The notes under the pieces: model-generated
The model's input: the letters and a program-made list of their open reading frames with translations, nothing else
The model's database searches: none
Told to the model about the DNA's origin: nothing
Assembly (NCBI GenBank): GCA_963786365.1
Contig: CAWAYR010000024.1
Span: 145,960-209,959, forward strand
Direction: 5' to 3'
DNA: 64,000 bases
Source: an uncultured Acidobacteriota bacterium
Lineage (GTDB): Bacteria; Acidobacteriota; Vicinamibacteria; Vicinamibacterales; UBA2999
Position numbers and translations under genes: made by a program
Shown: positions 11,369-22,591 of the stretch, piece after piece
How positions within the stretch are numbered: position 1 is the stretch's first letter
Layout of the letters: each line of letters begins with the position of its first letter

Positions 11369-12082
11369 TCAACGTCTGGTCCACACCGCCACGACCGTCT
11401 TGCCGAGACGCCGAGCCAATAGCGGGTCGATCACCCGCGATGCCGGCACCATGAGGCGATCCCAGGTGCGGATCTGCTGGAGCGTCGGCATCGACTGGCC
11501 GAGTAGGTAGCGATTGGCGGCCGAGGCGGAGAGCCCGACGGCGTCCAGATACCACGCCCGGGTGAGCGAAGCTGTCCCTGGGGTGAGCGCAGCGAGTGAC
11601 CGCGTCGTATACCGCCGGTGATGGCCGATCCGGCGATCGAACGGCGAGTACAACCACTGGTGTGCTGGCGCCAGCACCACCAGTGAGCCGCCAGGCGTGA
11701 GCCGGTCGGCCGCGGCGGCTACTTCGGCACGATCGTCGGCGATGTGCTCGAGGACGTCGATGTATATCACCGCGTCGAACCGCGCTGCGGCCGGCAGATC
11801 GGCGAGGGTGCCGGTGACGACCGACACCCGTACGCCATGGAGCTGCGACGGCACGTGATCGCGAAGCGTCTGCGCCATTGCCGCGTCGGGCTCGATACTG
11901 GTCCACGAGTTCTGGCGCCCGTCAACGAGGTGCAGCGTCGTGGCCCCGAAGCCGGCGCCGACCTCGGCCACGTCACCGCGCAGGTACGGCGCGATCTGCT
12001 GCTTGAAGTAGGCCTTCCAGTGGACGGCGTGCTGGAAGAGCGCCAGCTCGTCGCCCTCGTACTGGTACCCGGCCCGGCTCAT
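11369..12082 (-). CDS. Class I SAM-dependent methyltransferase
   Basis: Intact 237-aa ORF with motif I VAEVGAGFGATT, then IYIDVLEHIADD...LTPGGSLVVLAP. ATGA overlap with the upstream GT2 at 12079-12082. Confidence 0.8.
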   Translation of the reverse strand: MSRAGYQYEGDELALFQHAVHWKAYFKQQIAPYLRGDVAEVGAGFGATTLHLVDGRQNSWTSIEPDAAMAQTLRDHVPSQLHGVRVSVVTGTLADLPAAARFDAVIYIDVLEHIADDRAEVAAAADRLTPGGSLVVLAPAHQWLYSPFDRRIGHHRRYTTRSLAALTPGTASLTRAWYLDAVGLSASAANRYLLGQSMPTLQQIRTWDRLMVPASRVIDPLLARRLGKTVVAVWTRR

Positions 12083-13116
12083 GCCCGACGAGCTCCTGCG
12101 GCCCCGGCTGCCGCTCGTCCCCGGACCACGATCGGCTCCTCGATGTAGTAGCGGAAGTCACGGACCGGCAAAAACGCCTGCGCCGCGCGGCCTTGGAGTG
12201 TCCGGAACGCCAGCATCGCCGTCAGGAAGATCAGCTCTCCCAGCAGCACCAAGGCGACGATGACGCCGGCGACGACCGATGTCGCCACGGCCGTGCCGCT
12301 CGTGGCCGTGTACCACGCCGCTAAAAGCACTCCGCCCACGAAGAGCGCGGCGCCGACCATGCTGCCGACCAGCAGCCGCACGGCCAGCGCTTCGCTGTGC
12401 ACCGACATTGCGGATAAACCATGAGCCACCAGCGAGACGAATCGCATCTTGGCTTCGCCGTGAACACGTCGCGCACGCACGGTTTCGATCGACGCCCGGG
12501 GCAGCTTGGCGGCGAACACGGCAGCGGCGTAGTGGTTCCACAATTCGGAGACCACGACCAGACGCCGCAGCAGCGGCGCTGGAACGGCGCTGAAGTTGCC
12601 GACGCGGACGCGCACACCGGTCAGCAGCCAGTGGACGAAGCGATAACAGGTATAGAGAAGGCGGAAAACTAAACGGTCGACCCGACGTGTCCGCTCCGCG
12701 AACACGATCTGCTGGTCGCCGAGGGCGCGGCAGCGATCGAGCAGGCGAGGCACGTCGTGTGGGCTATCCTCACCATCGCCGTCCATCACGACCACCTCGC
12801 GGCACGGCACGGCATCGGCGACATACGCCAGTCCGAGGGCGATCGCGCGCTGGTGGCCGAGGTTCCGGCGCAGGGGCAACACCGTCACCGTGTCAATGGT
12901 CGTCGGCGTGAAGGAGTCGAACGCGCCGTCGATCGGCTCTGAGGAGCCGTCGTCCACGAGCAGCACAGAGACGACGCCGGCGCGTCCCGCCATCACCGAA
13001 TCGAGAGTGGTGAGGACCTGCGACACGGCGGTCCAGTCGTTGTAGACCGGGATCAGGATGACGACGTGGTCAGCGCTCACACCAGGGCCATCACGTTGCA
13101 GGTGCCTCGACGACAC
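12079..13116 (-). CDS. Glycosyltransferase family 2 with C-terminal transmembrane helices
   Basis: VVILIPVYNDW...VLLVDDGSSEP and the DxD motif VVMDGDGED. The C-terminus is hydrophobic. The start may instead be the GTG at 13080. Confidence 0.75.
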   Translation of the reverse strand: MSSRHLQRDGPGVSADHVVILIPVYNDWTAVSQVLTTLDSVMAGRAGVVSVLLVDDGSSEPIDGAFDSFTPTTIDTVTVLPLRRNLGHQRAIALGLAYVADAVPCREVVVMDGDGEDSPHDVPRLLDRCRALGDQQIVFAERTRRVDRLVFRLLYTCYRFVHWLLTGVRVRVGNFSAVPAPLLRRLVVVSELWNHYAAAVFAAKLPRASIETVRARRVHGEAKMRFVSLVAHGLSAMSVHSEALAVRLLVGSMVGAALFVGGVLLAAWYTATSGTAVATSVVAGVIVALVLLGELIFLTAMLAFRTLQGRAAQAFLPVRDFRYYIEEPIVVRGRAAAGAAGARRA

Positions 13117-13135
13117 CTACTATAGTGTGTTCGTC

Positions 13136-14370
13136 ATGCGGTCGACGCGCGATCCGCGCTCGTGGCTCGTGGTGGTGCTGGTCCTGGCACCACTGCTGAT
13201 CTCGGTGGCGCTGGTCGGTCGCTATGGCGTGGACGTGCCAGTCGGCGATCAATGGTCGATCGCGACGATGTTCAGCCGCGGTTGGCAGCTCCCGCCGGTG
13301 CGCGAGCTGCTCGCGCAGGCGAACGAGAGCCGTCCCTTCTTCCCCAAGCTATTGTTTGTCACGGTGGCCCAGCTCGGCGAATGGGACGTCCGCCGAGAGA
13401 TGCTGTTGACGCAGATACTCCTGGCGGGCGTTGCCGCCGGCCTCGTGTATCTGTGGAGCCGTACGATTGGACTGCGCCCCCTGGCGCGGGCTCTGCCGCT
13501 CGGCCTAGTGAGCCTGTGGCTGTTCTCACCGACGCAATACGACAATTTCTTTTGGGGCATCCAGCTGATCGTCGACGTGCCCTTCCTCTGCCTCGTCGTC
13601 ATCCTGGTCGTCGTCGCGGCGGGTACGTCGCTGCCGACCCTGCTGGCGTCGTCCGCGGTGCTGAGCGGAATCGCGATGTTCTGGTACGCCAACGGCATCC
13701 TCGTCTGGTTACTGTCGGTGCCCGCCATCGTCTGGACGCATTGGGGGTCGCATCGCCGGCATTGGCGGATGTGGGCGTCGTGGCTCTCAATGTGGGTTGC
13801 CTGTGCGTGGATTCGACTTCCACGACCTGGCCGTCGGATCGGTGCCGAGCTCAAGCCGGGTCCTTGCCGCCCCTCGCGACGCGCTCCTAGGGCTGTTAGC
13901 CTACGTCGGCGCGGGGCTCAGCGCGAGGACCGACCGGCTGCCGTTGGCGAAGACGAAGTTCGAGATCGCCCTGGTGGCCGGGTGCGCCGTGCTCGTCGGC
14001 CTGGCGATTGGTACTTTCGTATCTCATGGGCGGCGCTCGTCGGGCCAGGGTCGGACGGAGCGTGGTTCTGTGGGGCACGGTCGTGGCCTACGGGCTCGTG
14101 TCCGGCGTGCTCACCGTGGCCGGCCGGCTCACCTACGGTCCCGACTACATGCTCGCCTCACGATACGTTGCGTTCTCAGCTACCGTATTGATTGGTGCCG
14201 TCGCGCTGACGACTCTCGCCGGAAACGAACTTTACTTGGCGTCCGGGCGTCGCGCCCGCGGCGCTGTGATTTTTGTCGCAATCGCCACCGCTGCCGCACT
14301 CGCGGGCCTGACCGGGCTGGCTATGGCGCAACGCCGTCGCGGACAGCGTCACCCCGCTGCGTTGCTCTGA
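13136..14370 (+). CDS. Polytopic membrane protein of unknown function (possibly a GT-C-like glycosyltransferase); about 2 frame changes
   Basis: Starts MRSTRDPRSWLVVVLVLAPLL. Hydrophobic segments continue through ORFs 13058, 13797 (short stretch) and 14008..14370. No catalytic motif was recognised. Confidence 0.4.
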
Positions 14371-14394
14371 ATCGGGCGACGCGCTGGCCGGCCA

Positions 14395-16538
14395 CTAGCG
14401 TCCGGCAGCAGCTCGCAGTGCGCGGCTCGCCGGCGAACCGCTGTCGGGCCTCGGCGCGCAGCTGCACGGCCCGTTCACGGTCGCCGAGCACCGTCGACAG
14501 CCGTACCGCCGTCGCGTATCCCGCCGGCGTCGGCACGGCCCGCACCAGGCGCTCCACCGTGGCCACGGCGTCGTCGCGGCGGTTGGAGGCTCGCTGCAAC
14601 GTGGCCAGGCTGGTGTACGCACGCAGATCGAAAGGCGCTTCGGCGATGGCGCGCTCGAAGGCCGCGACGGCCTCGGGATGGCGGTCGAGTCTGGCCAGGC
14701 AGTCGCCCCGGTACCATTGCAGCCCGTCGAACGGCACCGGGCGGCCGGCGAGTGTCTCGATCACCGCATCGAAGCCGGCGAGCGCCGGCTCGCTCTGGTT
14801 CTGGTCGTGCGCCAAGCGCGCGTCCATGAACGCCGCAAACGGCAGATCGGGCCGCGCTTTCTCGGCGAGCGCCGCCTCGGCCCGCGCCTCGTCGGGGTGC
14901 TTGCGCGTGGCGGCGATGGCGGCCAGCAGATCGTGTGCGGCCGCCCGGGCGGCGGCAGGCGCGGTTGCCGGCCAGGGTCTCGAGCGCCGCCGTCAGGCGG
15001 GCGCTGGCTTTGTCGAATTGTCCGGCCTCGATTTCCACCCGGGCGGCTTCGATGGCCGCCTCCGCATGGCCGGGGCGCAGGACGCTCACCTGGTCGAAGG
15101 CGGCGAGCGCTTCGTCGACGCGGCCGAGCCGCGCCGCCGCCAGCCCGATCCGGTACCAGGCGTTGGCGTCGCCAGGGGACGCGGTGACGACCCGGTGATA
15201 CGCGGTAATTGCCAGAGCGAAGGCCCGAGTCGCGTCGTGGCGCGCGGCGGCGCTGTAGGCGAGCAGCACGACGCTCATGGTCCGCGGATCGGGCCGGTCA
15301 ACGGTGCCGTCGCTCATCGGCAGGAGCGTGGGCGCCACTTCGCCGAGTGTCGCCAGCGCATCGCGGTCGGCCTCCGAGGCCACGGCCGGCACAGTGTTCG
15401 TGACCGACGAGCGGAACGTCCCGTCGGCCGGCTCGACCAGCTCGGCCCATCCGAAGCGCAACGCGCCTGACATCGCCTCGGCGTAGTGGGGGACGTCGGC
15501 CGGGCCGTCGCCGTCGCCTTCGAGGAGACCGCGGAAGGAGCGCCCGCGCAGGCTCGACGATCCCGGCGCGCGGACCAGGTCCAGCACCGTCGGCGTGAGG
15601 TCGATGTGCTGCAGCGGCGTGTCGACGCGCACGGGCTCGGCGGCCCCGGGCATCTTCACCACGAGCGGCACCTGCATCGCCGCCGCGTCGAGCGAGTAGT
15701 CGCGCACGGCATCGCCGGTCGCGTCGGCCGGGCCGCCATTGGTCGACGTCACCACGACCAGGGCCTCGTCGTACCAGCCCTTGCGGCGCAACATGTCGAG
15801 CACGGCGCCCACGGCGGCGTCAGCGGCGCCGATGGCCACCGCATCGGCGTCCTCGGTCACCGGGCGGGAGTCGCCGGTGTCGGATGGACCGGGCGTGCCG
15901 TTCAGTTGCAGCGCGTAGAAGAACCGGGCCGAGTCCTGGGCGTCGAGCCACTCCGTGGCCGCGCGGGCCGTGGCGGCGCTGTCACGCTCCACCGGCGGCA
16001 CCAGGGATTCCGTGGGCGGCGCGGGACGCTCGGCGTCGTAGTGGCCGAACCCGGCGCCGAGGCCGGTCTCCGCGCGGAGCAGGAACGTCGAGACGGCGGC
16101 CGCCGTGTCGAACCCGCGATCGCCGAGCCGCGAGGCCAGCGTCTGGGCGTCGTCGGCGAGCCGGAAGCCGACGTCGTCGCGCACGCCGTAATCGAAGGGC
16201 AGCTGGCCGGTCAGCAACGACGTGTGGGCCGGCAGGCTCGCCGCCGCATGGGCGTAAGCGCGGGTGAAGACCATGCCGCCGGCCGCCAGGCAATCCAGAT
16301 TGGGCGTCGGCGTGTGGCCGCCGTAGAAGCTCAGGCGGTTGGCGCGGAGCGGGTCGATCGAGATGAGGAGGATGGGCCCGGTGACCGGCGTGGACTCGCG
16401 CGCGAAGCGCCAGCCAATGAGCGCCGAGGCGACCACGGCCACGGCGAAAACGCCGACGATGACCAGGACACGGGTACGCCGGGCCCCGGAGGCCGAAACC
16501 GGCGGCCCATCGGGCCGCCGGATGGCACTGGGAGACAT
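14395..16538 (-). CDS. Alkaline-phosphatase-superfamily (sulfatase-like) domain + C-terminal TPR, paralog 1; at least 1 frame change, 3' end uncertain (14321 or 14395)
   Basis: N-terminal TM anchor, LLISIDPLRANRL, AASLPAHTSLLTG. TPR-like repeats lie in the C-terminal part (ORF 14475..16538, then ORF 14321..14827). Aligns by eye along its length to the two paralogs at 50881 and 53022. Confidence 0.7.
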
Positions 16539-16548
16539 CGAGAGGGCG

Positions 16549-17493
16549 TTAGCCCTTCTTGAGCTGTTCGATCAGCGCCTTGGCCTGGGCGGCCTCGGCG
16601 GAGTTGGGCTCGACGGCGATCACCTTCTCCATCATTTCGAGCGCGCCGGGCATGTCGGCCTTCTGCAGCTTGCCCAGGCCCATCTTGAAGTACGGCTTGG
16701 CCCAGTTGGGGTCGATGTCGATGGCGCGCTGGTACGCCTTCATCGCCTCGTCGGTCTCGCCCTTGGCGAACTTCACCTCGCCGAGGTTGTAGAACACCTC
16801 GCGGCTGGCGCTGGTGCTCTGCGCCGCTTCCGACAGCGCCGTCTCGGCCGCCGCGAAGTCGCCCTTCTCGAGGTTGGTCATGCCGATCTCGATCTTGGCG
16901 CGTTCGTTGGTGGGATCGGCGGCGAGCAGCTTCTTGTACGAGTCGAGCGCGCCGTCGTAGTCCTTCTTCATGCGCTGCGCCCGGCCGATCTGCATGTGCA
17001 GCATCGTGAGGGCCGGCACCTTGACGAGCATGGCCTGGTAGGCCGCGATCGCGCCGTCGTAGTCGTTGGCGGTGAACTTGGCTTCGGCGGCGGCGAGCTC
17101 GCCCTGCAACTCCTTGGTGTTCACGCCGGCCAACGCCCCGGCGGGGCCGGTCGCGCCGGCGGCGAGCGTGAACTCCACCGGTGGGTTCGGGGTACCGATC
17201 GTGCGGATCGGTACCTGGCCGACCGAGGGCTGGAAGCCCGGCGCCGACGCCGTCAGCTTCCAATTGCCGGCGCGCAGGCCGATGATCGAGAAGCGGCCCT
17301 TGTCGTCGGTCGTCGCCGTGAACGACGGCGGCGACGCCGCGGGGTTCTCGGCGACCACGGTGGCGCCCTTCAGTGGCTGGCCCTTGTCGTCTTTCACCAG
17401 CCCGCCGATGCGACCCGTCTGGGCCGCCACGGGAAGTGCGCCGAGCAACACGACCACCAGGGCCGCGAGCGACAGCTTCAGACTTTCACGCAT
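16549..17493 (-). CDS. Secreted CarboxypepD_reg-like domain + TPR repeat protein
   Basis: True start is MRESLKLSLAALVVVLLGALPVAAQ at 17493, with GGGAGAG upstream. GRIGGLVKDDKGQPLKGATVVA is the carboxypeptidase-regulatory-like fold, followed by TPR repeats. The upstream 200 codons of ORF 16549..18096 are antisense to the next gene. Confidence 0.75.
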   Translation of the reverse strand: MRESLKLSLAALVVVLLGALPVAAQTGRIGGLVKDDKGQPLKGATVVAENPAASPPSFTATTDDKGRFSIIGLRAGNWKLTASAPGFQPSVGQVPIRTIGTPNPPVEFTLAAGATGPAGALAGVNTKELQGELAAAEAKFTANDYDGAIAAYQAMLVKVPALTMLHMQIGRAQRMKKDYDGALDSYKKLLAADPTNERAKIEIGMTNLEKGDFAAAETALSEAAQSTSASREVFYNLGEVKFAKGETDEAMKAYQRAIDIDPNWAKPYFKMGLGKLQKADMPGALEMMEKVIAVEPNSAEAAQAKALIEQLKKG

Positions 17494-17553
17494 CGTAGTG
17501 TCTCTCCCTGGAAATCCGGAAAACCTTCCAAGTGTATATGCTAGCAGGCCGTC

Positions 17554-20006
17554 ATGGCCATGCCCACCCGCGCCCGGCTGACTGGGGCCGTCATGGCCCT
17601 CCTGTGTATTTGGACGCCGGTGACGGCCGCCTGGGCGCAGCCGGCCCCGCGGCCCGCGGCGGCGGCCCGGCCGCCCGCCGGCATGGACCTGGCCCGGCTG
17701 GCCGGAATCGATGAGGTGGTGGAGCGCGCCATCGTCGCCCGGCAGCTGCCCGGGGCCGTGGTCGTGGTCGGGCGCGGCGACACGGTCGTCTACGAGAAGG
17801 CGTACGGCCAGCGCGCCGTGGCCCCGGTGGCCGAGGCGATGTCGCTCGACACCATCTTCGACCTCGCGTCGCTGACCAAGGTGGTGGCCACCACGACGGC
17901 GGTGATGCAGCTGGTGGAGCAGGGCACCGTGCGCCTCGCCGATCCGGTGGCGTCGTGGGTGCCCGGCTTCGAGCGCTTCGGGAAGGGCGCCATCACCGTC
18001 CGCCATCTCCTCACGCACGTCTCGGGCTTGCGCCCCGACGTCGATCTCGGCGAGCCGTGGAAGGGCTACGAGGCGGCCATCGAGTCTGGCGGTCAACGAA
18101 GTGCCGACCGCGCCGCCCGGTGAGCGCTTCGTCTACAGCGACATCAACTTCTTCCTCCTCGGCCACATCGTGGCGCGGGCGTCGAGCGAGCCGCTCGAGC
18201 AGTACGTCAGCCGGCACGTGTTCGAGCCGCTCGGCATGACCGACACCGGCTTCCAGCCGCCGCTCGAACGCGTCGGCCGGATCGCGCCGACCGAGCGCTG
18301 CCGTTTCCTCGACGCGTGGCCGTGCAAGGCGCCCGAGGCCGAGCCGCTGCGCGGCGTCGTGCACGATCCGACGGCGCGACGGATGGGCGGGGTGGCCGGC
18401 CACGCCGGTCTCTTCAGCACGGCCCGCGACCTCACGCGCTTCGTGCGGATGCTGCTCGGCGGCGGCGCTCTTGGTCCGCGGCGCGTGCTGTCGCCGCTGA
18501 CCGTGGCCAAGATGATCACCCCGGCCACCCCCGCCAGCCTGAGCGCGCAGCGCGGCCTCGGGTGGGACGTGGACACGGGCTTCTCGGCCAACCGCGGCGA
18601 GCTGATGCCGCTCGGCTCGTTCGGCCACACCGGCTTCACCGGCACGTCGATCTGGGTCGATCCGCGGACGAAGCTGTTCGTGATCTTCCTCTCGAGCCGC
18701 CTGCATCCCGACGGCAGCGGCGACGTCACGCCGCTGCGGGCGCGCGTCGCCACCATCGCCGCCGCCGCGCTCAGCGGCGGGCCGGGGCTCGACGACCCGA
18801 CCAGCCTGCGCACGACCGGCACCGACTTCGGCGCTTCGCCCGACCCGGCCCGGCCCGTGCCCGGTACGCCGACCACGCGCGTGCTCACCGGCATCGACGT
18901 GCTCGCCCGCGACGGCTTCGCGCTGCTGCAGGGGCGCAAAGTCGGGCTCATCACCAACCACACCGGGCGCGCCGCCAACGGCACGCCGACCATCGACCTG
19001 CTGCACAAGGCGCCGGGGGTGTCGCTGGTCGCGCTCTTCAGCCCCGAGCACGGCATCCGCGGCGTGCTCGACGGAGGACGTGGCGTCGTCGAAGGACGAG
19101 GCCACCGGGCTGCCGATTCACTCGCTCTACGGCGAGACGCGACGGCCCACCGACGCGATGCTGCAGGGCATCGACACGCTGGTCCTCGATCTGCAGGACG
19201 TCGGCGCGCGTTTCTACACCTACGCGGCGACGATGGGCTACGCGATGGAGGAAGCGGCGAAGCGGAAGATCCGCGTCGTCGTCCTCGATCGGCCCAACCC
19301 GATCGGCGGCTGGCAGATCGAGGGGCCGCTGCCCGACGCCGACCTGCTCAGCTTCATCGCCTACATGCCGATGCCGATTCGCCACGGGCTGACGCTGGGC
19401 GAGCTGGCGATGCTGTTCAACGCCGAGCGGTCGATCGGCGCCGACCTGACCGTGGTCCGGCTCGAAGGCTGGCGGCGTGACCAGTGGTTCGATCACACCG
19501 GGCTGTCGTGGGTCAACCCGTCGCCCAACATCCGCAACCTGACCCAGGCCGCGCTCTATCCCGGGATCGGCGCCATCGAGTACGCCAACGTCTCGGTCGG
19601 CCGCGGCACCGATCAGCCGTTCGAGCAGATCGGCGCGCCGTGGATCGACGGTCCACGACTGGCGCAGGCGCTCAACGCCCGGGGCTTGCCCGGCATCCGC
19701 TTCTATCCCGTGCAGTTCACCCCGATGTCGAGCGTGCACGCCAATGTGCCCTGCCAGGGCGTGTTCATGGTGGTGACCAACCGGGAGGCGCTGCAGCCGG
19801 CGCGCGTCGGCCTCGAGATCGCCGCGGCGCTGTGGCGCCAGCACGGCGACCAGTTCGACAAGAAGACGTCGGAGCGGCTGCTCGGCTCGCGCGCGGATTT
19901 CGCCCGCGCCAAAGCCGGTGAGGACCCGGCCGCGATCGCCGCCGGCTGGGCCGGCGCCGAGGCCGGGTGGCGGCGCCTGCGAGCCAAGTACCTGCTCTAT
20001 CCGTAA
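17554..20006 (+). CDS. Fusion: beta-lactamase-fold serine hydrolase (AmiE-like) + DUF1343/NamZ-like domain; frame changes near 18100 and 19080
   Basis: Signal peptide, the SxxK motif (DLASLTKVV) and GHTGFTGTS in ORFs 17554/18101. Then LTGIDVL...GLITNHTG...LFSPEHG and RFYTYAATMGYAMEEA...VLDRPNP...WVNPSPN in ORFs 18101/19080, which is the DUF1343 pattern. Confidence 0.75.
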
Positions 20007-20136
20007 TCGTCACGGCCGCAGGCTTCCGCGGCCCAGCATCGCGGATTTCCGCGCTGCATGGCGTGAACGTGCCCCGGCGTGGGCGACCACCACCGCGCTC
20101 AGCTGGCAGCGCCAAGCTCTAAGCCCTGCCGCCGCG

Positions 20137-21269
20137 TCAGGGCAGCCGATGCGCGGCGAGGGTCTCGGCGATCGCCGCCGTGGCGACGTCCACGCCGTAC
20201 GGGCTCCAGTGCGTGTCATCGGGCCAGTAGACCAGCTCGCCCGACGTCAGTCCGCGCTCCGCGGCCGCATGGAACGGGGCACTCAAATCGACCACGACGA
20301 GGCCGTCGCGACGGATCTCGCCGGCCAGCATCGGCAAGTACGGGTCGATCGCCCGTCGTAACGCTGGCGTCGATCGGAGGAACGGCTGATAGGCGGTGAA
20401 CTTGTGCGGCACCAGCAGCACCACGAGGGTGAGCCCGGCCGGCCGGATCTGCTCCTGGACCCAGCGGTAGTAGGCGACGTTGTCGCGCATTCGGGGCGCG
20501 GCCCAGACCTCGAAGGGCGGCCGGGCGCCTTCCCAGACCAGCATGTCGGAGGTGCGGAAGAGCATGGGCTGGCCGTTGGCCAGCTCCTCGACGGTGGCGA
20601 AGTCGGCGAATGGGTTGCTCAGTAGTCCGCCAGTCTGTACCGTCTTGACCAGCTGGTTGGCGAGGATCCGCGCCGGAAACACGTCGCGCGAGAAGCTGCC
20701 CCAGAACCGCGAGTACGCGGTGACGGCGGGCATCGGTGCCGGCGCATCGGCGTCGAGTACCCACCGGCGGCGTCGCGGCCCAGCCGAGGTGCTGGATGAC
20801 GACGACGCCTGAGGCCGCTCCGAAACCTCGGGCCAGCGTCTTGTATCCGGTGGGCCCGAAGACCATCGGCGCCGTGTTGTAGACGCCGACGCCGAGCCTG
20901 GCGGTGAGCTTGGCGCCGAGTGTATCCGTGTCGGTGAGGCCCGCGCCGGCCGCGAACGAGTCGCCCACCAGCAGCACGCGGATGGGCCCGATCCGAGCAG
21001 ATCGGCGCGGTTGCGGTAGCCCCGTGCATCCGTTGTGAACGCTCGTGACGGTAGACGCGGTAGCGCGGCAGGTTGGCGAGGTTGGCGAGGTCGCCGTAGC
21101 AGCGGGGGCAGTCGATCTCGCGATGGGGCTCGAAGACGGCGCCCGGCGGCACCTGTTGACTCGCCGCCTCCCACGGCCGGAAGGTGAGCCAGTCGATCGG
21201 CAGCGCCCGCGTGACGCCGTCGGCGGCCAGCGTGGCAACGAGGAGAACGGGCAGGAGGCGAGCGAGCAC
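20137..21269 (-). pseudogene. AlgJ/AlgX-type (DHHW) O-acetyltransferase-like periplasmic protein, frame-disrupted (at least 3 changes)
   Basis: Fragments are spread over three minus frames: VLARLLPVLLVATLAADG (GTG at 21269), IRVLLVGDSFAAG, and the C-terminus LVVLLVPHKF...YWPDDTHWSPYG (DxHW motif). Lies immediately downstream of the MBOAT gene. Confidence 0.65.
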
Positions 21270-21285
21270 GATGGGGCGGCGCCGA

Positions 21286-22534
21286 TCAGAACTGGAAGTA
21301 GAGGAACGGCGTGGCGTGCCCAGTGTAGAGGACGACGAGACACGCGACGAACAGGCCGGCCATCGCCACCGTGGCCGCCGTTCGCGGATGGTGATCGAAG
21401 CTCGAAGGTGTTGGGCGCGAGGTGTGCGATGCCGCCCGCCACCACCAGCAGCCCGAGCAGCGCCGGGCCGTCGAGGAGCGGCTCGCCGCTGGTTGGCGTG
21501 AACATCGCGGTGAGCAGTCGTCCCGCCGTGGCCAGGTCCGGCGACCGGAAAAACACCCAGCCGACGACCACCAGCGTGAAGGTGCCGAGGCGCCGCACCG
21601 GCAGCGCCGCCGCGTCGAGCCGCGGGCCGGCCATCCGGGTGAGGCAGAGCAGCAGGCCGTGGTAGGCGCCCCAGATGCACGAAGGTCCAGGCGGCGCCGT
21701 GCCACAGCCCGCCGAGCAGCATGGTGATCATGCAGGTTCAGGTAGGTGCGCACCGTCCCGCCGCGGCTGCCGCCGAGCGGCACGTAGAGGTAGTCGCGCA
21801 GCACCGTCGACAGCGAGATGTGCCAGCGCCGCCAGAAGTCCGACGGGTCCGACCGCCTTGTAGGGCGAGTTGAAATTCTGCGGCAGGCGGAGCCCGAACA
21901 TCAGCCCGAGGCCGACGGCCATGTCGCTGTAGCCGGAAAAGTCGAAGTAGAGCTGGTAGGTGTAGCCGAGCATCACACAGCCAGGCGTCCGAGCGTGGCC
22001 AGCGACAGCGTGCCCGGCAAACACCGGGTCGATGATCGCGCGCGATCGAGTCTGCGATCAGCACCTTTTTGAAGAGGCCGATGGCGAAGAACGACCACGC
22101 GGCGGTGAGGTCGACCGCGGCCGCTCGGCCTGGTCGATGTGTTCGAGGTCCTGCTCGATCTGTCGGAAGCGGACGATCGGCCCGGCAACCAGCTGCGCGA
22201 ACAGCGAGACGTAGGAGGAGAACTCGAACAGGTTGCGGGTGGGCGTGATCACACCGCGGTAGCTGTCAACGATGTAGGTGATGGTGTGGAAGGTGTAGAA
22301 GGAGATGCCCACGGGCAGCACGATGTGCAACGGTCGAAAGCGATCGGATGGCCCAGCCAGATCGGACAGCCGCGGTGGCGTTCTGGAGGCCGAAGTCGGC
22401 GTACTTGAAGAAGCCGAGCAGCAGCAGGTCGATCGGCGATCGGGACGATCAGGCAGACGCGGCGCGCCGGCCCCGTCCCGCCAGCGGAGCAGACCCAGGC
22501 CGGCCAGGTAACTGACCAGCGTGGAGAAGGCCAT
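21286..22534 (-). pseudogene. MBOAT family O-acyltransferase (AlgI/DltB-like), at least 5 frame changes and an apparently missing N-terminus
   Basis: VLPVGISFYTFHTITYIVDSYRG...LFAQLVAGPIVRF (ORF 22058), [21 protein letters not shown] (ORF 21728), [15 protein letters not shown] (ORF 21286), [12 protein letters not shown] (ORF 20619). About 45 N-terminal residues expected for AlgI-like proteins have no room before the hairpin at 22572. Confidence 0.7.
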
Positions 22535-22571
22535 GGATTGCGCAGAACTTGTAGATCCAGAATCCGTGTAG

Positions 22572-22591
22572 GGCGGCTCTTCAGAGCCGCC
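22572..22591 (-). terminator. GC-rich hairpin between ctaB and the MBOAT gene
   Basis: GGCGGCTC-TTCA-GAGCCGCC, an 8-bp perfect stem with a 4-nt loop. It is nested in an outer 8-bp inverted repeat, TGTAGGGC (22567-22574) / GCCCTACA (22621-22628). No U-tract. Confidence 0.35.

Noticed and set aside
17494-18096. Upstream 200 codons of ORF 16549..18096
   Set aside because: This part overlaps, in antisense, the serine-hydrolase gene starting at 17554. MRESL at 17493 has an SD-like GGGAGAG and a signal peptide.
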